Below, piece after piece: positions 33,473 to 43,321 of a stretch of 53,168 nt of DNA. The translations under genes and the position numbers were made by a program. The notes under the pieces are model-generated. The model saw nothing but the letters and a program-made list of their open reading frames with translations, was not told the origin of the DNA and did not search any database. Source of the DNA: Planctomycetota bacterium (GTDB lineage: Bacteria; Planctomycetota; SZUA-567; H5-PLA8); the NCBI GenBank assembly GCA_026692735.1, contig JAPLOD010000256.1, positions 1-53,168 on the forward strand. Direction: 5' to 3'. Within the stretch, counting starts at the first letter, position 1. The number at the start of each line of letters is the position of its first letter.

Positions 33473-35059
33473 ATGCCTATGTCACTTAGTAGGAGCACTT
33501 CCTTTCGGCTTGCGAAGCATGGCCGCTGGTCTGGGCCGACGGCAATCGCCGGAATACTGGTGGTCTTGGGTCTTGCTTGTAGCGGTACTGCCACGTGTGC
33601 CGACGGCATCATTACTACTATTGCTGGAGGCGGAACGGCGGTCCCCAATGGAGTCCCTGCAGTATCAGCAGGGGTTAGCACGAACGGCCTTGCGATGGAT
33701 TCCTCTGGGAACCTCTACATTGCAGACGGTCTCGACCTCATCTTGAGGGTTGATGCCATTACGGGAGTCATCTCAATAGTGGCTGGCGGAGGCACCGTGT
33801 TCGGCGATGGCGGGCCAGCAACGGCGGCCACGCTTGATAGCCCGTCGCATGTCGTGGTTGATGTCGCCGGAAACATCTACATCTCGCAGGGGGCCTCAGG
33901 CAATGCCCGCGTCCGGAAGGTAACGGCATCCACGGGCGTCATCACAACTGTCGCTGGTAACGGCAATGAAGGCTTCACTGGGGATGGTGGGCCTGCAGCG
34001 TCATCTTCACTATATTACCCTAGAGGGATCGCTCTCGATTCCTCTGGAAACCTTTATATCGTGGACTCCAACAATTCTCGCATCCGCATGGTTGACGCTC
34101 AGACCGGCACCATAACCACGGTGGCTGGAAGCGGAGAGCAAACTACTGTCGAATCCGGTGATGGCGGTCCCGCTATTTCCGCGAGCCTTGGAAGCCTACC
34201 TGTTGATATTGCAATTGACCGCTCAGGGAACATGTATATCGCGTCCATGACCTCCATCAGGAAGGTTGATAAGGCCACAGGGATCATCAGCACAATCGTC
34301 AAGGTTGGCACAACCAGCGGGCTTATTGGCGGTGAAAGCATAAGCTCTGTGGCCTTGGATAGTGCGGGCAATGTCTTCTTTGCGGATAATAGTTACGACA
34401 GCCGCGTGTACAAGCTGGATGCGTCAGGTACGGCAGTTCTGGTTGCTGGTAATGGCACACCAGACTTCACTGGTGATGGTGGTCCAGCGACGGCTGCAAG
34501 CCTCAAGTACCCAAAGGGCCTTGTGCTAGATGGCGCTGGCAACTTATACATCGCTGATAATGGGAATGGCCGCGTCCGCAAGGTTACTGGGGCTGGCACT
34601 GTCGGTGGAGCGCCTTTGGGCATCACGAAGACCCAGGTCAAACTCAACTTCAAGATTCCGGCCAAGGACAGTATGACCTTTGGTGGGACGGTTGCCGTAC
34701 CACAGGGTTTCATCCCGGCCAACCAGCCTGTCATCGTCAACGTTGCAGCTTTCCAGATGCAATTCCCCTTTGACGCTAAGGGCAAGGCGAGCGGGGATAC
34801 CTACTCGCTCACGTTGAGCGGCAAGAAGAAGGATGGTGCATTCATCGCGCCGCCCGTAAAGTTCGCGCTGGCAATCAAGAAGTCGTCGCTTCTGTCGTCA
34901 CTCTCCGGCGTGGGTTTCACCAACTCAGACGTGCCGAAGCCGGGTACAACGCTGCAAATGCCCTTCTCGCTGACAATCGGTGGCACCACCTACAGCAGTC
35001 TGACGCCGGTTCTCTACATTGCCAAGGCAAATACGAATGGCTCAGCGAAGAAACAGTGA
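33473..35059 (+). CDS. secreted NHL-repeat beta-propeller protein
   Basis: Signal/TM segment AIAGILVVLGLACSGTATCA. Six or more repeats of the type SGNLYIADGLDLILRVD / AGNIYISQG...RVRKV / SGNLYIVDSNNSRIRMVD / AGNLYIADNGNGRVRKV. Confidence 0.85.
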   Translation: MPMSLSRSTSFRLAKHGRWSGPTAIAGILVVLGLACSGTATCADGIITTIAGGGTAVPNGVPAVSAGVSTNGLAMDSSGNLYIADGLDLILRVDAITGVISIVAGGGTVFGDGGPATAATLDSPSHVVVDVAGNIYISQGASGNARVRKVTASTGVITTVAGNGNEGFTGDGGPAASSSLYYPRGIALDSSGNLYIVDSNNSRIRMVDAQTGTITTVAGSGEQTTVESGDGGPAISASLGSLPVDIAIDRSGNMYIASMTSIRKVDKATGIISTIVKVGTTSGLIGGESISSVALDSAGNVFFADNSYDSRVYKLDASGTAVLVAGNGTPDFTGDGGPATAASLKYPKGLVLDGAGNLYIADNGNGRVRKVTGAGTVGGAPLGITKTQVKLNFKIPAKDSMTFGGTVAVPQGFIPANQPVIVNVAAFQMQFPFDAKGKASGDTYSLTLSGKKKDGAFIAPPVKFALAIKKSSLLSSLSGVGFTNSDVPKPGTTLQMPFSLTIGGTTYSSLTPVLYIAKANTNGSAKKQ

Positions 35060-35101
35060 GTGTGTAGACCAGAACCAGATACTTTATGAGGAGTACCGCA
35101 A

Positions 35102-36754
35102 GTGAGTAGACTGGGGCTGGTAGCGTCTACGATGAGCGTGATCCTCCTCTGCTCCACTGTGGTCTGTGGCGAGGATTCACGTCAGCCGGTGCCTGTTGCC
35201 GACGCGCTCAAAGATGCCGAGAAGACGGTGAGGGATGTCTTCAAGGCGGACTACGCCAAGACCAAGCCCGCCGAGAGGGCCGAGTTCGCCCAGAAGTTGC
35301 TCCAACAAGGAATGGAGACCAAGGATGACGCGACCACGCGCTACATCCTGTTCCGTGAAGCCGCCTCGCAAGCCGCGCAGGCGGGCGATGCGGCGACCGC
35401 GATGAAGGCGTTAACGGAATTGGGCAAGGCGTACAATGTTGATGCCTTGGCTCTGAAGATAGACGCTTTGGCGAAGGCTGGCGGCGCGGCTGCGACAGCG
35501 GACGCGAACAAGGCACTGGCAGAGAACTATGTCGCGCTCATTGATGAGGCTATTGCCGCTGACAACTATGACGCCGCAGCGCGAGCGACCGGCCCCGCTG
35601 AATCTGCCGCACGGCGAGCGCAGGATATGCCACTTGTGGCGAAGGTCCAGGCACGAGCGAAGGAATTGCGCGACCTGCAAGGCGAGTTCGTCAAGGTAAA
35701 GGCCGCGAAGCAGACGCTCACCGAGAAACCGGATGATCCTGCGGCGAACTTCGCTGTCGGGAAATTTCTCTGCTGCGTCAAGGGTGATTGGGAGAACGGC
35801 TTACCCATGCTGGCAAAGGGCAACGATGCCTCACTAAAGGCGGCGGCTGAGAGAGATTTGGCCAAGCCGGTCAGCCCCGGTGACGTGGCGGCGCTGGGTG
35901 ATGCGTGGTGGGATGCCGCAGAGAAGGCCACGGGAGCCACAAAGGCGAGGTTGCAGGAGCGTGCTGCGGGCCTCTATACTAGGGCGTTACGCGGCCTGTC
36001 AGGTTTTGCAAAGACCAAACTAGAGAAGCGGATTGCTGCTGTATCTGGTGTGACAAAGGCAGAGACATCAACATCACTATCTAAGCCCGTGGAAATCGTG
36101 GCAAATGCGTCCGACTCTATCGTCAAGTCGGGTTTCACCGTCACAGGGGGTAGATTTTATCGGATCAGCGTTGCAGGTTCGTGGACAGACAGTGATGGAA
36201 GGATTGCGGCCCTGCTGGCGCGTATAGGGGCAGGGGAGGGTGAATTCGATGCTGGTAGCGCTGTGTGGTGGCCCTTACCGACAAAAGCCACTACTATACT
36301 CCGAGCGCACAAAGACGGGGAATTGTCATTTACTATGAAGGACGACAAATCCAATTTCAAGGGAAGACGCGGGGCGCTACAGATAGCTATCGCGGAGATA
36401 CCTGAATTCAAGTGGCCGAGAAGCACCACGGTTGAGATCGTATGCTTGTTTAGGGGAGGTTGGCTCGATATCAATGGCCAGCCGCATAATGACTTCATAT
36501 TTACGAAGGAGGGAGTCCACATTCAACACATTAGCGGAGCCGACGTGAGTGGGCCGATACAGGTCAATGGCGTCATCGTGTGGCTTACTTCTGGAGAGGC
36601 ACCGCTAGAATTCATGGAGCCACTTCTGAAGCTGAAGCTGGCGCTGAAAAAGAAAAGCGGAAACGTGACGATTGAGGAGGCGGTGATCGGGGAGAAACTG
36701 ACGGTGCGGGTGGTAACTGGTGGGTCGTTTGCCTCGTTCGTCATCGGCCCATAG
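35102..36754 (+). CDS. secreted hypothetical protein (alpha-helical N-terminal region, beta-rich C-terminus)
   Basis: GTG start after GAGGAG. Signal peptide MSRLGLVASTMSVILLCSTVVCG. The N-terminal KDAEKTVRDVFKADYAKTK...TKDDATTRYILFREAA pattern recurs in planctomycete-type secreted proteins (from memory, not verified). Confidence 0.65.
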   Translation: MSRLGLVASTMSVILLCSTVVCGEDSRQPVPVADALKDAEKTVRDVFKADYAKTKPAERAEFAQKLLQQGMETKDDATTRYILFREAASQAAQAGDAATAMKALTELGKAYNVDALALKIDALAKAGGAAATADANKALAENYVALIDEAIAADNYDAAARATGPAESAARRAQDMPLVAKVQARAKELRDLQGEFVKVKAAKQTLTEKPDDPAANFAVGKFLCCVKGDWENGLPMLAKGNDASLKAAAERDLAKPVSPGDVAALGDAWWDAAEKATGATKARLQERAAGLYTRALRGLSGFAKTKLEKRIAAVSGVTKAETSTSLSKPVEIVANASDSIVKSGFTVTGGRFYRISVAGSWTDSDGRIAALLARIGAGEGEFDAGSAVWWPLPTKATTILRAHKDGELSFTMKDDKSNFKGRRGALQIAIAEIPEFKWPRSTTVEIVCLFRGGWLDINGQPHNDFIFTKEGVHIQHISGADVSGPIQVNGVIVWLTSGEAPLEFMEPLLKLKLALKKKSGNVTIEEAVIGEKLTVRVVTGGSFASFVIGP

Positions 36755-37159
36755 GCATTCGGATATCTGAATGAACTGGCAGGAAAAGGTGCTAAGGAGT
36801 TCCGTCATGATGATCCGCCTATGGTCTCTTGTGAATGCGTGCCAACTAACGAAGTTCTAAGCGTTAGCACCAAGCGAACGCCTGGTTACGGCCTACAGGC
36901 CAGAGGCCACCGGCATCATTAGTCCCGCATTTGTAAACAGGCCCACCCGTGCTGGCAGCCCACGCCGCCATTAGTTCGGCATTCGCACACAGGCACACGC
37001 CGCCCAGCCGCGTCGCCAGCAGCCCCGGCCCCCGGCTCCGTGGCCCGTCGCTAGCCTTCCGTGGGCCTCCGTCGAGTTCTCTGTCCACAACCCGGCCCCT
37101 CGGACCATCCGAAGCCGGAGAAAGAGACGGAGGGCCTTCCTGCGCCCTTCCCGGCTGGC

Positions 37160-37417
37160 CTACTTCTCCGTCTGCCGCTCCCGGCGTGCGGCCTGCCGCT
37201 CGGAAACCCGGCGCTCCTTGTCACGCTCCTGTCGCTGGCGATTCCGTTCCGCCTCCCGGCGGGCCTTCTCCTGCTCGCGTGCCTCACGTTCGGCCTCTTG
37301 CTTCTGGGTTTGGCGCTTTTGCGCGTACCGGCGTTGAAGCTGGCTCGCCTCCCGTTGAGACTGACGAAGGCGGGCGACAACCTCCGTGGACATTTCAGAA
37401 AGTGCAGATAGGCGCAT
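37160..37417 (-). CDS. small highly charged coiled-coil protein (Arg/Glu/Gln/Lys-rich)
   Basis: ATG 37417, 7 nt after GGAGGA. 85 aa, ...QKRQTQKQEAEREAREQEKARREAERNRQRQERDKERR... Confidence 0.55.
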   Translation of the reverse strand: MRLSALSEMSTEVVARLRQSQREASQLQRRYAQKRQTQKQEAEREAREQEKARREAERNRQRQERDKERRVSERQAARRERQTEK

Positions 37418-37440
37418 GGCGTATTCCTCCGTAGTCTCCC

Positions 37441-37887
37441 ATGACGATCTTTGACCGCCAGCGCTGTCCCGCAGAGGAGACCATTCTTCACCATTCTCCG
37501 AGACGGTTCCGGCGCAAATATAAGTCGGGGGTCAAAATGAGACGGACGCCCGAACTATCCCAGCTTGCGCAGTGCGTCTGTGGCCGACTATGCACCAGCG
37601 GGCCGGGATTGACCCTTCACCAGCGCCGGTGCGGACCGGCCATTGAAGCCAGAGCACAGGAACGGCCCACCAATCAGCCCATCATCCTCGATCAGCCCGA
37701 CGCCTACAGCGGCCAGATTAAGGCGTTCTGGGAACTGGCGGACCTCGCCGCCTACGACGCGGAGCGTGCCATCCACGACGGGAACCAATCGGCGGCGCGA
37801 CGCGCACGCGTGCGGCTCAATGAACTGCGCAGGCGCATTCCAGCACTTCGCCGAGTCATTCTTGCTGCGGCGCACCGGAGCAATTGA
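37441..37887 (+). CDS. protein with C-terminal histone H1-like (Hc1-type) DNA-binding motif; start uncertain (alternative 37537)
   Basis: The C-terminal DGNQSAARRARVRLNELRRRIPALRRVIL resembles the Hc1 motif GNK.A..RAR....L.K....LRK. The N-terminal half has a CxC..C..C cluster. Confidence 0.5.
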   Translation: MTIFDRQRCPAEETILHHSPRRFRRKYKSGVKMRRTPELSQLAQCVCGRLCTSGPGLTLHQRRCGPAIEARAQERPTNQPIILDQPDAYSGQIKAFWELADLAAYDAERAIHDGNQSAARRARVRLNELRRRIPALRRVILAAAHRSN

Positions 37888-38186
37888 CGGGATGTTGAGT
37901 CGTCTGGACATTTGATTTAGAGCGCCGGTGCGAAAGTGCGATAATGCCGGAGCCGGTAAACGATACAGACCTCCGCCATGTGCGCGATGTCTCGCCAGAG
38001 AGCGGCCCACTACCTCCCTGGATAATGTGAGACACAGGCCGCGCCATACTTCGGCCTGCGCCGCGCCCAACACCTCGGCGACCTGTTCGCGTTTCTGCGA
38101 CTTAGGCTTTTGTTCCAATTCACAGGGCCATTCACAAAGAGTCTGTCTTTTAGTCCTTTCTCCCTCGTAGGCGTTAGGTATAAAGT

Positions 38187-38234
38187 GGCCTCCGAAGCCG
38201 GGGGTTGCGCGTTCGACTCGCGCCGGGCGTACCA
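38187..38234 (+). repeat. attR: displaced 3' half of tRNA-Arg (anticodon loop to CCA) with a different T-stem
   Basis: GGCCTCCGAAGCCGGGGGTT-GCGCG-TTCGACT-CGCGC-CGGGCGTACCA. The core is identical and the T-loop and acceptor 3' strand are the same. The T-stem is GCGCG/CGCGC, whereas the intact tRNA has CCGAG/CTCGG. There is no 5' half. Confidence 0.85.
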
Positions 38235-38403
38235 TCTCAAGTCCTTAGCCGGGTAAGCCTGCCCGAAAACGCGCCCGACGCAGTCGCTGTGGACAAAGCA
38301 CATGGCTGGTGGCAGCCAGTGGCCGCACAGCCGAGGACGCCGGCGACACCGTACAACAATCTTCTGAGTTGCTGTACACCGGTGCCGAGAAAAGCCCAGG
38401 AAC

Positions 38404-40866
38404 CTACTTGTCGGAGACGCGCCATTCCAGAATCCCGCCGGAGAAGCCGTCCTGCAGCTTGGCCTCGAGGCGCAGTGCTGTCGTCTGGACGGCCTTGAAC
38501 GTCACCTTGTTGAAGGTGTCCGGCTTGACGCCGTATTGGTCGCCGGTCTCAACGGGCTTCCACTCGTCGCCGGCCTTGTAGAGGAGTTTCCAGGACTGGG
38601 GCACGCGGCAGCCGCCCTTCCCAGTGTCGTCGAACCAGTACACGTCGGACGCCGCAACCTGCTGCGGCTTGGGGAAATCGTATTGCACCCATTCCGTGGT
38701 GCCCTTGTGGTCCCACCACGTCATGCGCGGGATGTTGTGGTCGTTTGAGTTCTGCGGCAGGTTGCCGTCGTTGAGCGCGTCTACGGAGTCGCCGCCGAAG
38801 CAGTGCGAAGCGCTGGCGCGGACGCTTGTGCCCCATTCCTGCGCATCCGGCCCCGTGCCGATGACGGGGAACGACGAGATTCTCAGGCGCGCGCAGCCCA
38901 TGGGGATGAGCGTGACCGTCTCGACGGGTTCGTCGGACTTTATCGGGCTGGCCTGGAGCTTGCCGACAAGGCCCGTGCCGTCTTGAACCCAGCCGGGGAT
39001 CTTGCGCGCCTTGGCCTGGAGTTCGATGGGCGCGGCCTCGGGCGTGAAAAGCTGCGTGCCCTGCGGCATCGGCTTGCGGACGAGCGTGAACGACTTGGCC
39101 GGCTCCTTTTCGTCCAGCACCAGGCCGTAGTTCCACGGGGTCGTGGGGAAGACTTCGTGTTCGGGCCACTGGTCCGAGCCGCCGTAGCGCTGCCACTTTT
39201 CGCCGATCTTCAGCGAGAACGAGAGCGGGCCATAGTCAACGGAGACGGAGTTCTTGTTCTTGGCCCACGTGCGGACGCCAAGGAACATGGGCAGAGCCAA
39301 TGTCACGGCGTCGCCGTCCCTCCATTCTCGGTCAATGACGGCGAAGGAAAGCGGTGCTGCGGTGAGTGCGGCGTCCTTGTCGTTGATCTTCAACGTGGGC
39401 TTCGCGCACCAAGCCGGGATGCGCAGGTAGAGCGGGAAGCGCACGGGCTTAGGCGCGGAGAGCTTCAGCGTGATGGTTTCACTGAAAGGATAGTCAGTCT
39501 CCTCCGCGATCTTCACGGCCGTTCCGTCGCCGACTTTGGCGTTGACCTCGGAGGCGGCGTACAGCGACGCGCAAAGGCCCTTGTCGGGCGTGGCGAGCCA
39601 GAGTTCCTCGGCATAATACGGCCAGCCGTGCGAGACGTTGTGCTGGCAGCAGCGGTACACCGCGCCGGGGCTGTAGGAGAACATCGTGCCGCCGTTCTGG
39701 ACGCCGGGGGCTTTGTTGTTCTTGTCGAGTCGCACCTGATTGGGGCAGGTCAGGTAATGCAGCGCCTTGAGGTCCGGCGTGAGCGACGCGGGTAGCGAGT
39801 TGAAGGCGATGTCCTCGCAGCGGTCGGCCCACACCGGGTTGCCGGAGACTTTCGTGAGCATCTCGAAGCTGTGCATGAACTCAACCCAGCCGCAGGTCTC
39901 GAATCCCCCGCGCGGGTCCACGTAACCGGGGCGAGCGTTCTCGTCGGCCACGATGCCGCCGCCGGCGAACTGACCGTACATGCCGATGGCCTTCTGATAG
40001 TTGCGTTCGGCGGCCTGGAGGAACTTTTCATCCTTGGCCTGCATGTAGAAGACGCCGGGTTCGCGGAAGCCTTGCGCAAGGTTTACATTGTGCCAGTTGA
40101 TGACGTCGGTGTCCCAGCGCGCCATGTTGTCGTGAATCTTCTGCGCGAGGTCGAGGAGCCACTTCTCGCCGGTGCGATTGTAGAGCCAGAACGCGGTTTC
40201 GATGTTGTCGCCGAAGCGGACCTTGGGCCAGTAGCCGCGTCCGAAGGCCTCGGGCGGCTGTTCGTTGAGCCACTTGTGGTACTTCAGCATGAACGGTATC
40301 ACGCGCTCGTCGTTGGTGAACTCGTGGAACGACTGCAAGACGTTCAGCATGACCATGTGCGGCCAGAGGTCGGGTTTGCCGTCGAGGCCCGTCTTGTTGG
40401 CGGCGGGGCCGAAGTAGCCGTCGGGCTGCTGGCTGGCGAGCGTGGCGTCAATCCATTTGCGCGCGGCCTTGATGATGGTCTCGTCGCCGAGGACGTAACC
40501 GAGGTCGCCGTAGCCTTTGAGCCAGTACGGAAGCTCCTCCCATCCGTTCTTGCCCTTGCCCTCGGGGCTGGCCCAGGCGCTGTCATCGAACTTGAGCCAG
40601 CCGGAGATTTCGGCGAGCCCGCCGGTCATGCCCTGGGCTTCGAGCTCGAGCTGCTTGCGCAGCCAGCCGCGCGGCGCGATGCTGCCGATGGGCAACTTGA
40701 TGAGCGGGCTGGGCAGGAGCGGGTCGCGGTTGGAGGTGTAGAAGCCATTGGTCCCCGCGGTGGGGAGTTCCTTGACGCAACGGACTTCCTCGGCGCGTGA
40801 GACTGGCATGGCGGTGAGCACTCCCAGGCAGAAGGCTGACACGGCGACCCACAATGCGCTGTTCAT
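38404..40866 (-). CDS. glycoside hydrolase family 127-like (beta-L-arabinofuranosidase-like) with C-terminal F5/8 type C (discoidin) domain
   Basis: ATG 40866 gives the signal peptide MNSALWVAVSAFCLGVLTAMPVSRA. GH127-type Cys/Glu motifs GGFETCGWVEF and VYRCCQHNVSHGWPYY. C-terminal ...TEWVQYDF...ALRLEAKLQDGFSGGILEWRV. The upstream 279 codons of the ORF are unlikely to be coding. Confidence 0.8.
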   Translation of the reverse strand: MNSALWVAVSAFCLGVLTAMPVSRAEEVRCVKELPTAGTNGFYTSNRDPLLPSPLIKLPIGSIAPRGWLRKQLELEAQGMTGGLAEISGWLKFDDSAWASPEGKGKNGWEELPYWLKGYGDLGYVLGDETIIKAARKWIDATLASQQPDGYFGPAANKTGLDGKPDLWPHMVMLNVLQSFHEFTNDERVIPFMLKYHKWLNEQPPEAFGRGYWPKVRFGDNIETAFWLYNRTGEKWLLDLAQKIHDNMARWDTDVINWHNVNLAQGFREPGVFYMQAKDEKFLQAAERNYQKAIGMYGQFAGGGIVADENARPGYVDPRGGFETCGWVEFMHSFEMLTKVSGNPVWADRCEDIAFNSLPASLTPDLKALHYLTCPNQVRLDKNNKAPGVQNGGTMFSYSPGAVYRCCQHNVSHGWPYYAEELWLATPDKGLCASLYAASEVNAKVGDGTAVKIAEETDYPFSETITLKLSAPKPVRFPLYLRIPAWCAKPTLKINDKDAALTAAPLSFAVIDREWRDGDAVTLALPMFLGVRTWAKNKNSVSVDYGPLSFSLKIGEKWQRYGGSDQWPEHEVFPTTPWNYGLVLDEKEPAKSFTLVRKPMPQGTQLFTPEAAPIELQAKARKIPGWVQDGTGLVGKLQASPIKSDEPVETVTLIPMGCARLRISSFPVIGTGPDAQEWGTSVRASASHCFGGDSVDALNDGNLPQNSNDHNIPRMTWWDHKGTTEWVQYDFPKPQQVAASDVYWFDDTGKGGCRVPQSWKLLYKAGDEWKPVETGDQYGVKPDTFNKVTFKAVQTTALRLEAKLQDGFSGGILEWRVSDK

Positions 40867-41040
40867 GGCGAGGCCCTCATACGTTGGCTGCATGGATACC
40901 GTAGTGCCAAGGCGCGAAAGAGGAAAGTGGGAAATGCCGGGCGCGATCAGCAATGCCAGGACGGACCAGGCACGGCACGCAAGTGCCGTGGCACACCACA
41001 ACCGGCAAAGCAGCTTGCGGGAAGGCGGCAGACCGCAAGA

Positions 41041-43134
41041 ATGGCACTCAGCATGAGCCCCCGAACCAGCGCACGGAGAGTCATCCTGATATCCCCGGTC
41101 ATCCTGGCCTTGGCCCATGCCGCGAGCTGCGTCATGGTGTCCAACGCCGCCGAACAGGGCGCGCCCATGGAGATCACGCAAGACACCGTGCTCGATCCGG
41201 CCCGGACCTATGGGCCGCTCGTTATCAAGGCGTCCAACATCACAGTTGACGGCCGCGGCGCGTGGCTGGTCGGCGCCACGCAAGGGTTGCCCAAGAGCTA
41301 CAAAGGCACGGCCGTCCTGGCCCGGGGCGTCTCCCGCGTGACCCTGCGCAACCTCAATGCGAAAGGCTGGGAGACGGGATTGCGGGTCGAGGACGGCGAA
41401 GGTTGGCTCATCGAGAAGTGCAACTTCTCCGACAACTTCCACGACCCCGACTTCGGCTGGGGCGATAACGGCAGGCGCGGCGGCCTCGTCCTCGAACGTC
41501 TTCTTCGTTCCGTCGTACGGAAGGTTACGGCCAACCGCGTCTGGGACGGTTGCGTGCTGGTCGAGTGCAACGAGAACACCGTTGAGGACTGCGACTTCTC
41601 CCGTGCCTCCAATACGTGCCTCAAATTGTGGACCTCCTGCCGCAACACCATTCGGAACAACAACCTCAGCTACGGGCTGCGTATCAAGCCCGGCGAGGTC
41701 CACGCCCGCGACTCCACCAGCGTGCTCGTCGAAAGCGGCTCAAACGACAACCGCCTCCTCCAGAACGACTGCAGCCACGGCGGCGACGGCATATTTGTCC
41801 GCGTGCTCAACGGCTGGGTCAGCACGGGAAACCGCTTCGAGGGCAACGACTGTTCCTACGCCAACAACAACTGCTTCGAGGCCTGGTCGCCACGCAACGT
41901 GTACGTCCGCAACAAGGCCAACCACGGCAGCTACGGCTTCTGGCTGGGCGCTTCCGACCAGACGGCGCTCATTGAGAACGAAGCCTCCCATAACGGATTG
42001 CCGACCGGGCTGCACAACTCGCCTCATCTCCCCGACCAGGGCCACGCCGGGATCGTTTTCATGTTCGGCCCTTCAAGCCACACTCTCGTGCGAGGCAACG
42101 TCTGCGCGGGCAACAACGGCGCCGGCATCGCGCTCATCGGCGACCTGGACAGCCAGGGGCGGCGGTGGAAGGCCTTTCACTGGATCGTCGAACAGAACCG
42201 CCTCGAAGGAAACCGCTGGGGCATCTACGTCCAGCACGCCGACTGGATAGACATGGCTGGCAACGTCTTCAAGGAGAATGCTAAGGGCGACGTTCACCAG
42301 GCCGGGAACGTGACTAACCTCGTCGTCCACCCCGCGCAGGAAGACGTCAACCGGCCGCCAAAGGCCGCGCTCGCCGCGCCGTCGTCGGCCAAGGTCGGCG
42401 ACAAGGTCGTGTTCGATGCCTCGCGCAGCAGCGACCCGGCGGGTTGCGCTCTGACCTTCCGCTGGGACCTGGGCGACGGCACAGTAGAGGAGGCGGCGCG
42501 GGTGAAGCACGTCTTCAGCCAGCCCGGGTTCTACCGCGTGGGGCTGACGGTGAACAACGGGGTATTCTCCGACCTGGCGTGGCGCGATTTCTACGTCGCG
42601 GACGACCTGCGCGAGATCGGCACCGAGGGCGGGGCCGCCGACTGGTCCTGGATTGACCCCCACTCGACGGTGAAGTTCTCCGACGACCGGACCGTCCGTC
42701 TCGCCGGCGCCATGTCGCTGTACGCCTTGGTCCAGCCTTACAGCGGCGGCCGCGTCAGCCTGCTGTATCCCGCCTCCAAACAGGCCGCCTGGCCGGCGCA
42801 GCGGAAGACGCATCTCGTCTTCTGGCTGAAGGTGCTCGACGAGAACGTCCCCGCGTGGCAGGACCTCAACCCGATTGTCACGCTGTATGAATCCGACACG
42901 CGTTTCGTGCGCTTTGTCCCGAAGGTGGACCTGCTGGCTCAGCCACCGTACAACGAGGCGCGCGAAGGCTGGTATCGCTTCCAGGTCCCGCTTGCGGGCG
43001 ACGAGATGTGGAAACGCCAGGGGCCTGAACTGGCAACGATCAACTACCTCACGCTCGGGTTCGACTCGTGGGGCGCGCCGCCGCTGCGTATCTGGGTGGA
43101 CGGCCTGGCCTTCCGGGAAGACCCCCAGCAGTGA
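41041..43134 (+). CDS. secreted right-handed parallel beta-helix repeat protein with PKD domain
   Basis: ATG 41041 gives the signal MALSMSPRTSARRVILISPVILALAHAASC. Repeated N.[FI].DN / GI.[LV]..s..N beta-helix turns. PKD segment VVFDASRSSDPAGCALTFRWDLGDGT...HVFSQPGFYRVGLTVNNG. Confidence 0.8.
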   Translation: MALSMSPRTSARRVILISPVILALAHAASCVMVSNAAEQGAPMEITQDTVLDPARTYGPLVIKASNITVDGRGAWLVGATQGLPKSYKGTAVLARGVSRVTLRNLNAKGWETGLRVEDGEGWLIEKCNFSDNFHDPDFGWGDNGRRGGLVLERLLRSVVRKVTANRVWDGCVLVECNENTVEDCDFSRASNTCLKLWTSCRNTIRNNNLSYGLRIKPGEVHARDSTSVLVESGSNDNRLLQNDCSHGGDGIFVRVLNGWVSTGNRFEGNDCSYANNNCFEAWSPRNVYVRNKANHGSYGFWLGASDQTALIENEASHNGLPTGLHNSPHLPDQGHAGIVFMFGPSSHTLVRGNVCAGNNGAGIALIGDLDSQGRRWKAFHWIVEQNRLEGNRWGIYVQHADWIDMAGNVFKENAKGDVHQAGNVTNLVVHPAQEDVNRPPKAALAAPSSAKVGDKVVFDASRSSDPAGCALTFRWDLGDGTVEEAARVKHVFSQPGFYRVGLTVNNGVFSDLAWRDFYVADDLREIGTEGGAADWSWIDPHSTVKFSDDRTVRLAGAMSLYALVQPYSGGRVSLLYPASKQAAWPAQRKTHLVFWLKVLDENVPAWQDLNPIVTLYESDTRFVRFVPKVDLLAQPPYNEAREGWYRFQVPLAGDEMWKRQGPELATINYLTLGFDSWGAPPLRIWVDGLAFREDPQQ

Positions 43135-43321
43135 CCGGTGTGGCAGAGGGCATGACGAACCCTCGGACTGACGCGCTGCCGCTCGACCAGGTGCGTGACG
43201 GGGTCGGAGCGTAGTCTGGAATGCATGGCGTGGAACGGCCCAGACGTAGTCATCACCGGAGTCTCGGCAACTACCGATGTTGCTTGTTCGGCGAGCGTCA
43301 TGGTCTGCAAGGGAGAGCGGC

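Larger units (their letters stand above)
13804..38206. mobile_element. integrative genomic island (~24.4 kb) in tRNA-Arg(CCG): Tyr-integrase/Prim-Pol element carrying a defence cluster
   Basis: The identical 20-bp direct repeat GGCCTCCGAAGCCGGGGGTT occurs at 13804-13823 (inside the tRNA) and at 38187-38206 (start of an orphan tRNA 3' half). The integrase gene is adjacent to attL. Replication, recombination and defence genes lie in between. Confidence 0.85.

Noticed and set aside
36864-37160. ORFs in the 400-bp region after 36754 (e.g. 36949..37434, 36864..37088)
   Set aside because: They overlap one another and the better-supported coiled-coil gene, and their translations are Pro/Ser/Arg-rich without motifs. 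The region is treated as non-coding.
13852-38186. Complete prophage
   Set aside because: No terminase, portal, capsid, tail or lysis genes are recognisable. The content fits an integrative, replicative island or satellite-like element instead.
37856-38235. Excisionase-like small gene next to attR on the minus strand (segment ..KREQVAEVLGAAQAEVWR..)
   Set aside because: There is no start codon or RBS in a sensible position, the reading runs antisense into 37441..37887, and the HTH resemblance is superficial.
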